A stretch of DNA of 64,000 bases from the NCBI RefSeq assembly GCF_004010195.1, contig NC_057720.1:36453669-36517668 (forward strand), given 5' to 3'. The stretch's first letter is position 1; the number at the start of each line of letters is the position of its first letter. The notes beneath the pieces were generated by a model that saw only the letters and a program-made list of their open reading frames with translations, did not search any database and was not told where the DNA came from. This DNA comes from Chiloscyllium plagiosum. Its lineage: Eukaryota. Below are positions 1 through 12,126 of the stretch, in pieces. A program made the position numbers and the translations under genes.

Positions 1-157
1 TTTTTTTTGTTGTTTTGTTTTTTGTTTTTTTTTGTCAAATTTTGGTTATTGTATATTTGAGCTAATTGTATATCAATGTTTATATCTGAGAGTTTTGTTT
101 ATTTTTGTAAACTTGTAAAAATGTTAAATTTCTAATAAAAATATCTATAAAAAAAAA
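1..157 (+). mobile_element. Probable 3' tail of an L1-type LINE (T-rich UTR, AATAAA, poly-A)
   Basis: T-rich stretch ending ...ttctAATAAAaatatctat followed by an A-run to 157; no coding part in the window. Confidence 0.45.
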
Positions 158-1036
158 TGTGGTGTAATGAGTTGATGCAGATGAACCATATTTTTCACCC
201 TTTTGTATCCCATATTTGTGGGGGGGGATCAAACATTACATGTAATTTTAAAATTAATGTTATACCTGTCTACTAGCTTTTTGAGATCTATGTGCATGAG
301 CTCCTAAACCTCTGCTTCACATTTCCTCGCTTCTTAATATTTTATTTTAGAAAATACTATGATCTATCTCTCTTGAGTTCACCACAGTGGATAACCTCAT
401 TCCTATCCACACCCCACCAAACAACATTTACATTGAACTCCATCTGCTACATCTTCAACCACTTGCTTAATCTCTTTGCAGTTGCATTCCCTCTGTTGTT
501 TGATATAGCTACTGGCAGAATTGGAAGATACCCTGACTAGTCAGAAAACGAGTTCCTTGAGTTTAAAATTTGAGTTCCACCTTATGCTTACCATGTTTAA
601 GAACCCACTACTGAAGAAGCTATTTAATTTTCTACGTGAAGGATACTGATGTCATAAAAATTTATTTTAGGAAAGAAGAGTCAGTCACAGGTGAGGATTT
701 TTTAGAATTTCATTTAAAAGATCTGAAAAAAAAATTTATTGCTCTCCTAAAAATCTCTCTCTATCAACGATTCTGATTTAGGAGATTATGGGTATATTTA
801 TGTGCATATGTTGTAAATTCCAAGTCCATAGATTTAAATAAAGACACAGAAGAAGTGAAGGAAGGGAACACAAATGAAATGGGTTGTAAACGAAGGAGAA
901 TTAACAGTAGAAAATCAATGTTATGGACTCCTGTATACATTTTTTGCTGGTAAAAGATCTCATACTCTGATTATGCATCACAAGTGTGGTTTAGAAAAGC
1001 AAGGGTATTCATCCCAATATATTTATATTTTTACAG

Positions 1037-1176
1037 CAAAAACAAGCAAGTAAGCCTTCAAGATACAAAGAAAGCCTCCATTTTGCTCATCCGTAAGCTG
1101 TTTGTCTTGATGCAAAGCCTAGAAATTCTTCCTAATGACGTGTCTCTGACAATGAAACTGTTCTATTATGATGAAG
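1037..1176 (+). CDS. Meiotic HORMA-domain protein (HORMAD1/2-like), internal exon
   Basis: ttacag| (S)[46 protein letters not shown] |gtaaat; matches the HORMAD1 motif [12 protein letters not shown]...[16 protein letters not shown]. Upstream exons lie outside the window. Confidence 0.95.
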
Positions 1177-1204
1177 GTAAATTTGATTTATTATTTTAAG
1201 AATT

Positions 1205-1650
1205 GTGCCAAACAGCATAAGCAGCAAATGATGGACAAGAGTAAGCGATTCCATAACAAACTGATCAGATCTAAGCTCAGCAGCAGTTGTCACATCCAGT
1301 TGTGAATAGTGGTGGACAGTTAAGTAACTCTATGGAGAAGGAGGCTCCATAAATATTCCCCACCCTCAATGATAGAGGAGCCAACGTGTCAGTGTGAAAA
1401 ATGTTGCAAATACTTAAGCCTTAGTCTTCAACCACAAGTGCCAAGAAGATAATCCATCTCTGCCTCTTCTGTAGGTCCTCTCCATCACAAATGCCAGTCT
1501 TCAGCCAGTCACTCCACATGATATCAATAAATTGCTGGAGGCATTGGATACAACGAAAGCTATGGGCCCTGAGAACATTTCAGCAATAGGACTGGAGACT
1601 TGTATTCCAGAACTTGGTGCACCCCTAGTCAAGCCAATTCAACTACAACT
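1205..1650 (+). mobile_element. Decayed CR1/L2-clade LINE ORF2 fragment
   Basis: LDTTKAMGPENISAIGLETCIPELGAPL matches the KAxGPDxI...ELAxPL motif upstream of LINE RT. Confidence 0.7.
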
Positions 1651-1651
1651 C

Positions 1652-1699
1652 TATTTATTTATTTATTTATTTGTTTGTTTGTTTGTTTGTTTATTTGTT
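1652..1699. repeat. (ATTT)n/(GTTT)n microsatellite
   Basis: Direct reading. Confidence 0.9.
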
Positions 1700-3679
1700 T
1701 CTTTTATATATGTTAAGAACTTGTATTTTCAAAACTGTCCCTTTAATGAACTTTTATTTTCCCAATGTACAGGATATTAGGAAACCCAAATTTGCCATTT
1801 TCACTAAGAGGCTAAGGACAATAATTCTTGGCATGCTCTGGAAGTTCCGCTGTATGCACAAGGCGGACAGACCATTCATGGTCAGCCTGGTGTTTACTGG
1901 GATTCTTTGCCTAGCAATTCTTCACAGCCATTACAGAGATCGAGCAGGGTGAACCCATTCTCAGTGTTGTGCACCTGCAGGTTGCTGGTGGCATGGAAAC
2001 CCATGATATGTTAGTGACAAATGACATGGTATAGAGAAATAAGCTCCATGTAGGAAAAGTGTTAGTGTTAACTGCTGGTGAGAAGACAGCTAAGCCTCAG
2101 TGGTGCAACATTGTTTAAGATTCAGGAAGAAGACCCAGGAACCAATTTAATATCTCCATGCAGTTAGGACTCCAAAGAAGCCCCAGGAGCTGAAAACATG
2201 GTGGAAAATCATTAGCTCTGTGTTGGAACCTGAGAACCTTTGGTAGTTCAGTGCCACTGAGAATGCATATGAAGGAAGCCCACAAGCAATATCTTGGTAC
2301 AACTCAAAAAATTAGCATACTGAGTTCTGAGAAATCCAACTAAAATGAATGAAGCCAGCTATCTTCTATAAACAGAAATTTTGCCTATGAATAATGATAA
2401 AATGCAGTCTTAGGAATCCAATGGACAACAGTCTCCCAAGGAGATTGAACTTGTGAGCAGTCATTGAGGAACTCTGATGGGGCAGCTTTCAGTGGAGTTC
2501 TGAAGCTGTGTCTTCAATAAAGAAGAATTAGAATGCCTTGGAAAAAGTTTTAATAGTTTCTGACCTATAGCGTCAGTAACATCTGTGGTGTTGCTGTGAA
2601 ATCTGTAGAACCTGTTATTTCTGGTTTGGGTATTTGACCATTGTTTATATGTTAGATACATTAACCTTTTTAATTCTGGATGTTTATAGTTTAAGGCATG
2701 TATGTATATAATATAAAATACATTGTTTTACTGTTTTAACTTTGTACAATAAAACTTTGTTAAAAACCATGGAATTTTATGGTTTCATATATTGCCTGCA
2801 CCCAGGCGCTCTTTGTACCTGAGATCTCAAACTTTATCTAAATACAAAACGTTCCTAGTCCCTAGCCATAATGTAGCACAACCAGTGTAGTCATGGATTG
2901 TAACGTAATTTGTGGTCTCATCCAGGATCATGACAATGCCTATTCAATATAATGCGTCCATTTTATTGAGTACTCAGGATTTCCAGCTATAGTGATCCTC
3001 CCCTAGAAGTTCTACTATGGCAACAAAGATGATCATACAATTTTATAGGTTTGATTGTGTTACTGAAATTACTATAATATAATGTCATGTTTCCCATGGT
3101 AATGACAGATTCCTGTAAAAGAAGGGCCCTTAAAGATTAGCAGGCTGACAGGAAATCTAAGAGGCATAAATAAACAAATGTTTTGGGGTGTTTTCAGATA
3201 TTGCCTGCACCCAGGCGCTATGAGAGAGAAGTAAATAGGTAAATAAGAACATAAGAAATATGAGTAGCATTACACCATGTGGTTCTTTTAGTCTGCTCCA
3301 CCATTCAATATGATTATGGCTGATCTTGAGCCGCAACTACACTTTATTGCCCACTCCCTAACCCTTTTATTCTTGATAACCCATAAATATTTTTAATGTC
3401 TTCAGAAGTAGAACACCCTGTACCTTCTGGATTAGACAATTCCAAAGATACGCAACCTTTTGAATGAGGTCATTTCTACTTCATTTCTCCTTTCTAAATT
3501 ATTCAATTGTAAAATTTAGTGTCAATTTAAATAGCATTGTACATATCTGTATTTAGGAAATCCAGCCAGAAGGCAAGCGTTAGAATTTATTAAGTATAGC
3601 TTGTATTTTAATCTTTACTTAAAATGTTCATTGCATAAATATTGGTGAAAAAAATCCTCATTTATTTTCTACTTGGCAG

Positions 3680-3915
3680 TGACACCTCCTGAGTACCAGC
3701 CTCCAGGGTTTAAACAAGGTGAGTGTGATGCTGTGTGGTTTGAGGGAACTCCAGTCCATTTTAAAGTTGGTGATGTGCCGACTCCATTCCATATGATGAA
3801 AGTGAGGGTCACCACAGAGAAAGAAACAATGGAACAGCTGGAGAAGGAGAACATACTAAATGAGGAAGTCAAAACTTCAGTACAAGGAATGGAGGAAGTC
3901 AAATCCACCCCGAAC
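3680..3915 (+). CDS. HORMAD-like internal exon (end of HORMA domain)
   Basis: tggcag|TG ACA CCT: phase-1 join gives VTPPEYQPPGFKQGECDAVWFEGTPVHFKVGDVPTPFHMMKVRVTTEKE...PN |gtgagt; HORMAD signature VTPPDYQPPGF. Confidence 0.95.
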
Positions 3916-4197
3916 GTGAGTGACAACACTAACTAGCTACTTATAATTTATTTTGAAATGTTTCAGTCTGTACAACAGTGAGGTTCTAATAGAAACTAAT
4001 ATAACAAGGATGGATCTCATAAAAAATTGAGCCTGTTTTTTTTGTTCAGAGCAAAGCACACTTAGAATATTTATGGTGAGACACCCAGAACAACTAGTGA
4101 CTTGCAGGAGTGGTGTTCTAAATTCTACAAGCATAAATCATTATCATGTTTTAATCTGTTGCAATCGGCATCTCAGCTGTTGTTTCTTTTGATCTAG

Positions 4198-4231
4198 GAC
4201 AGAGATTCTCCATCCTACCAAAATATTACAG
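4198..4231 (+). CDS. HORMAD-like small internal exon (predicted)
   Basis: tttgatctag|DRDSPSYQNIT-G|gtatga; supplies the phase 0 to phase 1 change needed to reach the exon at 7991. Confidence 0.6.
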
Positions 4232-4552
4232 GTATGATCATTCCGGCATATTAAAGGAAAGTATGAGCACTAGTTTGATGCATAATTCAACTTCCTGAAC
4301 TACAGAAAATTTAAAAAGGTTGGTTGTCTAGTGCAAGAAGCAGAGTGCTACCAGGCATTAATGAAGATGGCATAAAAAATATTGATCCCACATCTACTTC
4401 TCTAATATAAAATAAATATTAATGCAGCAGGCATAATGCACACCTTAATTTGGAGCTGCAAATATAACATCCACCAAAATAATGAGACTGCTCCTTATGT
4501 ATCCAGGGTACATCCCTGAACTATTAAAATATCAAATTAATATTTTAAATAA

Positions 4553-6180
4553 AGTTTTGTGAAGATCTGTATCTCGTGAGCTGGTTGGGTTCATTGTTGG
4601 TCTGCTCACCGAGCTGTTAGGTTTATTGACAAACGTTTCATCCCCTTTCTAGATGACATCATCTGTGCGATGTTACCTCCTGTGAACCACTGCTGTCCTG
4701 TTCCGCTTTGAATTTACGTGGTTCTGTTTGAGCTGTTTCCAGTTGGTACCGGTTCTGGTTTTTCCATTGCAGCGGTTTGTATATGGGTCCAGGTGAAGGT
4801 TTATTGATAGAGGCTGAGGTTGAGTACCATGCTTCCAGGACGACTTCAGGAATATTAATATCAACAAAAACGAAGTGATGATCTCATTCGACATTATGGC
4901 ACTTTTTACTTCAAACGATATAACTTTAGCTAAAGAAACTATAGCAGAACTGCTGAACAACCAGAACAGCCAAACTGACAATAAACCCTTCAAACACAGC
5001 ATATTAAAACTACTTGACCTGTGCCTGACAACACAATTCATCTTCAACAACCAGGTATATGAACAAATCAATGGAACATCTATGGACCCACCCATCTCAG
5101 GGCTCATAACTGAAACGGTAATGCAAAGACTTGAACAGACAGCCCTCTTACAGATCCAACCCATGCTATGGATCAGGTACGTGGTAGACACTTTTGTGAA
5201 AATCAAAAGAATTGAAATCCAGAACATACACCAGAAGATCCACAGCATTTTCACCGGGATCAAATTTACTAGTTAGGAGGAGAAAAACAACCAACTCCCA
5301 TTTCTAGATGTAATGGTTACAAGAACACAGAATGGCGAATGCACAATAAAAGTCTACAGAAAGACTACACATACCAATCAGATCCTCAACTACAACAGTA
5401 ACCACCCAAACACCCACAAGAGGAACTGCATTAGAATCCTGGTCAAAAGAGCAGCAACACTGCAGCAAAGAGAGGAAGAAGAACACCTATACAAAGTCTT
5501 TGCTAAAAATGGATACCCCCACAGCTTTGTCTGAAGATGTTTGGCAGTCAAGCAATATCAAGAAGACAAGACACGCCCCAATACATGGATTCCTCTCCCA
5601 TATATTAAAACATTTCAGTACTGATAACTAAACTGCTCCAATCACTAGCGATCTTGACAGCACACAAACCGACAGCCACACTTAGACAGTGGTTCACCAG
5701 AATAAATTACCAATACCCACTATGTGCAGGATGAATGTAATTTACAAACTCCCATGCAGCGAATGCACTAAGCACTATGTAGGACAAACAGGCAGACAGC
5801 TAGTGACCCCCATCCATGAACACTAATTAGCAACTAAGCAACACGACCAACTCTCCCTGGTATCCATACATACTGACAACAAAAACCATGATACTAGAAC
5901 AGGCTAAACAAAGAACAGCAAGGGAATTCCTGGAGGCATAATACTCATCCTCAGAGTCCATCAACAAGCACATTGACCTGGACCCGATGCACGAACCGCT
6001 GCAGTGGAAAAACCAGAACCGGCACCAACTGGAAGCAGCTCAAACACAACCACATAAATTCAAAGTGGAACAGTACAGCAGTGCTTCACAGGAGGCAACA
6101 GAGCACTGATTATGTCATCTAAAAAGGGGACGAAATGTCTGCCAACAAACTTACCAGCTTGGCAAACAGACCAACAAAAA
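4553..6180 (+). mobile_element. 5'-truncated Penelope-like retroelement (RT + GIY-YIG) with inverted pseudo-LTR
   Basis: RT motifs SFDIMALFT, YEQINGTSM, WIRYVVDTF, IKFT and YRKTTHT...NHP, then a GIY-YIG-like segment NVIYKLPCSECTKHYVGQTGR (~5730-5800). Region ~4593-4843 is the reverse complement of ~5927-6175. Stops and frameshifts are present. Confidence 0.9.
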
Positions 6181-7074
6181 TAAGTTTAAATATTTAAATA
6201 AGTTTGCCAAATTGAGTGGTGCTACTTAATACAAAGTCTGTGCTTCCCTTGAGGTGTCACCAAATTTCTCAAAAGCGACATTACTTAATGTTTTTACAAT
6301 AAATAATTACATGATAAATGTATCTTCAGTTTGTCATGCATGGTGCATATAGGAACTAAGCGTTCAAAGTGTCCTCTAGCATTTTGAATCAAATGGCCAT
6401 GATTCTCCCTCTTCCTATAAAGGCCCATATGCTTTCTTCTGATGAAGTGGTTTGCAGGTGAACTTGGAGTTCTCCACTGGCTGACTCCTACCTGGGGTTG
6501 TGCACAACTGGTAAGCCTGCAGGGCTGAGAAATGCAAACGTTGATCAACTTTTGATTATAAGAATAAATAAGTAGTGAGGTTGAAGGTGGTATATATGTG
6601 AGCAGAGAATAAGAGAACAGTATTCAAATCTTGACAATTTAGAGGTCATTAAATATGTTGTGGCATTGCAATCATGTCCTTTAAAAATTAATTCCTCTCG
6701 CATTGATTCCTGAAAGGTTAGTTTCCAACAGTGATGCAAAAATTGCCTAGAGTTTTCTTGCTCTCGCTGGCAGTAGTAGGATGTCTCTTCCTGTCTGCTG
6801 CTTGGACCAGGGTCTTCAAAGCAACATTTCAAAATCTGAGTGCAATGTGCAGATCTGGCAACCATTTCTGAATTCAAGTGTTTCCCTAGAATCTGCCTCA
6901 AGTTTGCTGCACTCTTTCAGAGATGAAGGGAGTCTTTGCATCACCAAAGAAACATAATTTCCAACATAATAGGAATAGAAAACAATCATTTAGTTAACTT
7001 ATTTCTTTACAGATGAAAAATATAGGTGTGCAGATAATTGTCATCTCTATTTGCAGCACTTTGCTTGTGTACGA

Positions 7075-7200
7075 AAAATGGAAAATGCTGGAGAAACTCA
7101 GCAGATCTGGCACCATCTGGAGTTCTGAAGAAGAGTCATATCAGATTAAAACATTAACTGTTCTTGTCTCCACAGATACTGTCAGACTGGCTGAGTTGCT
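7075..7200. mobile_element. Short palindromic Penelope-pLTR-derived element
   Basis: tgctggagaaactcagcagatctggcaccatctg...cagatactgtcagactggctgagtt inverted arms around a degenerate ctgaaga...aaac core. Confidence 0.6.
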
Positions 7201-7397
7201 ATCTCTATCCTACTTTGGCTATGTTTACAAATTCATGAAGTGTTTGCAACTAGACCTTCCCAAAGCCTGAAATGGATGCTACACATTTGATCTACACTAT
7301 ATTGTAGCCAAAAGGCATGGGGTCCTAGACGTGTTAAATTTAAGAAATATTTTATGATACATTTTTCATTTATGTATATGTGTAGGAACATCATACT

Positions 7398-7698
7398 CAC
7401 GGTGGCTCAGTGGTTAGCACTGCTGCCTCACAGTGCCAGGGATCTGGGTTCAATTCCCGACTAGGGCAACTGTCTGTGTGGAGTTTGCACATTCTCCCTG
7501 TGTCTGCGTGGGTTTCCTCCCACAGTCCAAAGATGTGCAGGTTAGGTGAATTGACCATGCTAAATTGCCCGTAGTGTTAGGTGCAAGGGCAAATGTAGGG
7601 GAATGGGTCTGGGTGGGTTGCTCTTCAGAGGGTCAGTGTGGACTTGTTGGTCTGAAGGGCCTGTTTCCACACTGTAGGGAACCTAATGTAATCTAATC
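7398..7698 (+). mobile_element. HE1-type V-SINE
   Basis: tRNA-like head (ggtggctcagtggttagcactgctgcc...ggttcaattccc), V-domain (tgtgtggagtttgcacattctccc...) and taatc tail. Confidence 0.9.
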
Positions 7699-7990
7699 AT
7701 AATATGAGTATGGCAAAGATCAAATAAGTAAATGTATGTAACTTTCAGTAAAAGAAAAAAGACTCTATAAAATTGATTTGCCAGAACATCCAGAAAAGGT
7801 AACTTCTATGAATAAAATTGTTAGATTTTTATATACTAAAGGTAAATAATTAGTCACAACTATTGGAGGATAGCTATGCAACGTTGTACTACATCATTTT
7901 ATACAATGTTAATATCCAGGGTAGTGTTTCATTTATACAATAATCAGTTGGAAAATATGTAACCTTTGGCCATTTTTCATATTTTGGCAG

Positions 7991-8052
7991 CCCATTCTGA
8001 ACTCCAGAGGAGTGTGACTAATGAGCAGTCATTTAGTGAATCAGACAAAGAG
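7991..8052 (+). CDS. HORMAD-like internal exon (predicted)
   Basis: ttttggcag|CC CAT..: (A)HSELQRSVTNEQSFSESDKE |gtatta; open in phase 1 and ends in phase 0. Confidence 0.6.
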
Positions 8053-9213
8053 GTATTACATTTGTGAAGAATTTCTGTTAAATACTTTGGAAGTCACAAG
8101 GACGAATCAGAAACGTTTTCATTTGTATATATAACATAAAAAGTAAAGTAAGCATGTGTTGTGCTCATTAAAATAAAAGTGGTCAGTACTCAGTATTAGA
8201 ATGCTTCCCCATTGTCTGGATCAGCTACTCTAAGGTAATGAAGAGACATTTCCCACAGTTATGGTTAACACCCTTCAAGCAACAAGAAACACACACATTA
8301 GTTACTCAGATTTAGGGCCCTCCTGTGGAACACTGTTGGTGTCCCTACTCCTGGACTGGGAGTCTCTGGTTCAAGTCTCATCTGCTCCAGAGGTGTGTAA
8401 TAACATCAAATCACAACATAGATTGTACCTTGCTGATAGTGCAAAAAAAGTTTGCACGAAAAGCATAATTTCAACAGGGCATTTCAACTATTGTAACTCA
8501 ACATAAATTACTATCATGATATTCTTGGTTACAACTTGTTTCAAATCTTTAAGCTTTAAATTGTTACATTTAACAATGCCCAAATTTTGCTCTACTATTG
8601 ATGCTGAACTGAGGAAAATGAGTCTAATAGTATCTTCTAATATGCATATGTGCAGTTAATCTTGGAAATTCTGATATAGCTGTCGGAGATACCCCAATTT
8701 TCGAAAGGGTGCACTAATGCAGTCCTCAGCAATAGACTTCCACTGTTAACACTGTAATTATACAAATTTAGTCTATCTTACATTTAATCTGCTGAAAAAG
8801 TTAGGGCTGGTTCTGGGAGAAAAATCTCTTTATAGGGTGCCAATTGTAGAAAGTGATTCTAGAAATGATTATTTTTAAACAGTGCCCAATATGATAATCA
8901 TTGACAAACTATCTTTCCAGTTCTGAAAAGAAGTTGAGTTATAAGGTCGTATATTTGCTTAAAAAAAAGTTGATGTTGCAGCTGATTAGGAAAATATAAA
9001 TTCAAATTTTGTCTTTGTTCTCTTTTCTCTCTTTTTTTCACTGCTCTACCTTAGTCTCAACTGTGTGTCAAAATTTGCTTCATTTTGTACACAGTTTCCT
9101 ATTTTTCATTTCCTGGTTTGCGATCTGCATATTTCAATGCAGGTGCTTCAAACTGATTAGTTGATGAGCCTTGCAGTCACTTGCTTTGCTCATAGATACC
9201 ATTAATACCCTAT

Positions 9214-9372
9214 AAAAGTCAAAAATCATATGACATCGAGTTATCGTCTGACAGGCTTATTTGAAAACTGCAAGCTTGTTACTTCCCACAGGCAGCTGCC
9301 TGTTGGACTATAACTCGGTGTTGTGTGATTTTTGCCTTTGTCCACCCCAGTCCAATACTGGAACCACCACAT
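9214..9372. mobile_element. Palindromic Penelope-derived element (same family as 51160-51363)
   Basis: aaaatcatatgacatcgagttatcgtctgacagg ... cctgttggactataactcggtgttgtgtgattttt inverted arms plus tail ccccagtccaatactgg. Confidence 0.65.
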
Positions 9373-9556
9373 CCTGTCTACCCTGTAGAGGGCATTGCCA
9401 GTGTAGCTAAAAATCTCTGCTGGCAGACTAATGAAAACATTCTGGCTGCTAAACACAAGGTGAAACAGCAAAGCTGATCTTGCACCACCAAGAGCGAAGT
9501 GTGTACTGTAATATCAACTTTGCACTTGTCTCAAGAATACTTTTTTTTAATTTCAG

Positions 9557-9628
9557 ATAAAGCAGTTGGTTGCAAAGGCAGCAGAGCTGGATGTATCAGG
9601 CAAAAGATTAAAGCTTAGAAAAGTGTTG
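9557..9628 (+). CDS. HORMAD-like internal exon
   Basis: Poly-T tract ttttaatttcag| IKQLVAKAAELDVSGKRLKLRKVL |gtcagt; resembles HORMAD1 LVNKTSELDMSESKTRSGKV. Confidence 0.8.
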
Positions 9629-10537
9629 GTCAGTATTCTGCAATATCTTACTTGAAATATTTTCCTTTTTTGCACTTTTAATACACAGTGCTTCCAGGTA
9701 CTGTGGTCCAATCTGAAGAACAGAGAAGTTAACCATGTAAATCTATAGGCATCTTTCATGAATATATTAATAGTCCAACTAGAGAAAGCTGTTTTCACTA
9801 TGCAAGAAATTTGATGTTTGTTTCTTACTCCTAATTTATGAGAATTTTCATGGTTGCATGGAGGCAGAACTTGGAGCAGTGTTGGAACATAGCTAATCAC
9901 ATGCACTGCTACCAGATTTGTTCACATTTGTGAGCAGGAGATGGAGTCACCACTGCAGAAACTACCAACCTGTAGTGGTGAGTAACCAATTTAACTTAAC
10001 CTTTGCCCATGAATATGGTTCAGCTGGAATCTTTCAACCATGGATAGGGTTGCTGCTGAGCAGGCAATCAATGTCTTCTCTCAGTTCCTGAAAGTTTAGC
10101 CTGCTGGTATGTAACAGCACCAACATAGGCCATCCTGTTAAACAGTTTCTCTTCCAAATTGATGGCCCGTTAACTTTGGCAACATGTGGTTTTTAATTTT
10201 TTTTCTGCAATGCACCTGCATCTTGAGCATTCCTTATTTTTCAGTACAAAAAAGGCTGCAAATCACTGATTAGGACTCACGTGACTTGGGTTGAGGATCC
10301 AATTTTTTAATGCACAATGTAAAAGTGTTTAATAACTACAGTTTGCTGTTTCAATTATTATGGTGAGAATAACCATTTTTTTAAGACTGTAAAAACCACT
10401 GAACTATTTCTGGAAGAAGGCTTTACCCTAAACATTTAACTGTAATATATTTATGAGTCGTGTTTGCTAATGGTTCTTACCATACTGTTTGAATTCTTGG
10501 CATATATGTAATTATCTTGCTGGGTTTTCACTGTTAG

Positions 10538-10654
10538 ATGCAAAAAGATGACTTGCAGGATAATGGCATAGGATATGAGGAACCTCAAAAGTTGAGCACT
10601 ACACAGAGTATAAAAGCTGTTCGAGCTAAAAAGACTCTCTCTGAACTTGATCAG
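10538..10654 (+). CDS. HORMAD-like penultimate exon (predicted)
   Basis: ctgttag| MQKDDLQDNGIGYEEPQKLSTTQSIKAVRAKKTLSELDQ |gttggt; 117 nt, phase 0/0, open. Confidence 0.65.
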
Positions 10655-11454
10655 GTTGGTGAAAAATCTTTATGAATTGCTCTATTTTTTTTTAGTAGAT
10701 AAATTTGAACATATTTAGATAAGTACTCATTCTTTACCATTTACATGTGCATACTGTACAGAAATGATATTTGGTGGAACAGCTTTCTGCCTTTAAATTG
10801 TTACCCCTGAGTTTCCTTGCACTTCCGTGGCTCTCATGTTGTGCAGCTGCAACATCCCCAAGGTGTGATTTGGAAATATCAGTGGCACAGCAGAAACAAG
10901 TTTTCTGGTTTTTTGGGTAAAGTTCTACAGAGTACTATGAGATCCAACAGCTGTCAGGATCAGCTCTGTTCACTTTAAATTACTTTAAATCTTATCTTTC
11001 CCTCTGCCTGTTTTCATTCGGACCACTGACAGAATTCATACCTCTTATTCCTCACCTCCACCCATAGTCATTTCAGAAATGTATAGCATTCCTATTGTCA
11101 CTTGACTGCATCTCCTGTTCCATTTCCAGCACACCTGAGGCACCTGACTCAGGTTGGGATTTAGAACCACAATCATAACTATCTAGTATCTTTAAAAATT
11201 TATGAGCAGTGATTGTCTCAATTCTTTGCTAAGTTAGATTTCAAAACCAATCTGTGACATACTGCAGCATTGAAATTGTCCCCAGTGTACTTAATGGTAC
11301 TCTTAATAGAAATGAACAGTTGTATACATCTGAATATACATTCAAAATTGACAAATGGAAGGAAATATGGAACATAACATAATTCCCTCATTTGCCTTTT
11401 AATACTCCCAGTCCTAAATTCACATGAAATTTTGATATGAAAACAAGGACAAGT

Positions 11455-11650
11455 TTACTCAGCGAATCAGGAGTTCATGGAATGCCCTGCCAGTAGCAGT
11501 GGTGGACTCTCCCTCTTTATGGGCATTTAAGCGGGCATTGGATAGGCATATGGAGGATAGTGGGCTAGTGTAGGTTAGATGGACTTGGATCGGCACAACA
11601 TCGAGGGCCAAAGGGCCTGTACTGCGCTGTATTCTTCTATGTTCTATGTT
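11455..11650 (+). mobile_element. CR1 LINE 3' end
   Basis: tggaatgccctgcc...tttaagcgggcattggatagg...gggccaaagggcctgtactgcgctgta ending in (ttctatg)n. Confidence 0.85.
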
Positions 11651-11873
11651 TGGGCCCAACCTTGATCTCTGTTCCTATCTATTAGAATACAGTTTTCTTG
11701 TATCTAAAAATAAATTTGCATCCAATATATTTTGCTGTGTCCATGTGGCAGAAAAAGAGTTATTTACTGTTAATTAATGGGAAGAAAGAGTTTCACAAAT
11801 ACTTTTCAAAAACATGATGTGATATTACAAATCACTCACAGCTAGTGTGCTTATGATGTACATTTCTTAACAG

Positions 11874-11933
11874 GCAACATGTGATTCTGCTATGCTTCAA
11901 GAGAAGATCACAAAGCGAAGGAGGAAAAATTGA
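11874..11933 (+). CDS. HORMAD-like terminal coding exon
   Basis: ttcttaacag| ATCDSAMLQEKITKRRRKN* (TGA 11931-11933); aligns with the HORMAD1 C-terminus FDSSSQESVPKRRK; AATAAA at 12121. Confidence 0.75.
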   Translation, partial: ATCDSAMLQEKITKRRRKN

Positions 11934-12120
11934 AACATGCTTTCACAATATTGGGCACAATTCATGATTCATGACAGCATTACTTAACCATTAATTTAGT
12001 TAGATTTTTAATATATTGAACTGCATGCCAACAAAATACATTGTCACCCAAAGATTGCATTAGTCGTTGTTACTACTTTGGTTATATATGTATAAAATAT
12101 ATTTGGGATAATTTAAATGA

Positions 12121-12126
12121 AATAAA
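12121..12126 (+). promoter_or_regulatory. Polyadenylation signal of the HORMAD-like gene
   Basis: AATAAA about 190 nt after the stop codon, followed by GT/T-rich sequence. Confidence 0.55.

Noticed and set aside
671..690. 20-nt ag|...|gtgagg micro-exon candidate before the first HORMAD exon
   Set aside because: No similarity to the expected HORMA sequence, and the phase does not fit the expected upstream exon.
1766..2935. Possible LTR with PBS-like tggtctcatccaggat near 2913
   Set aside because: Boundaries and TSD could not be defined by eye.
7013..7270. ORF after a good acceptor (ttctttacag|ATG)
   Set aside because: Runs into a repeat, has no convincing donor, and is not needed for HORMAD frame continuity.
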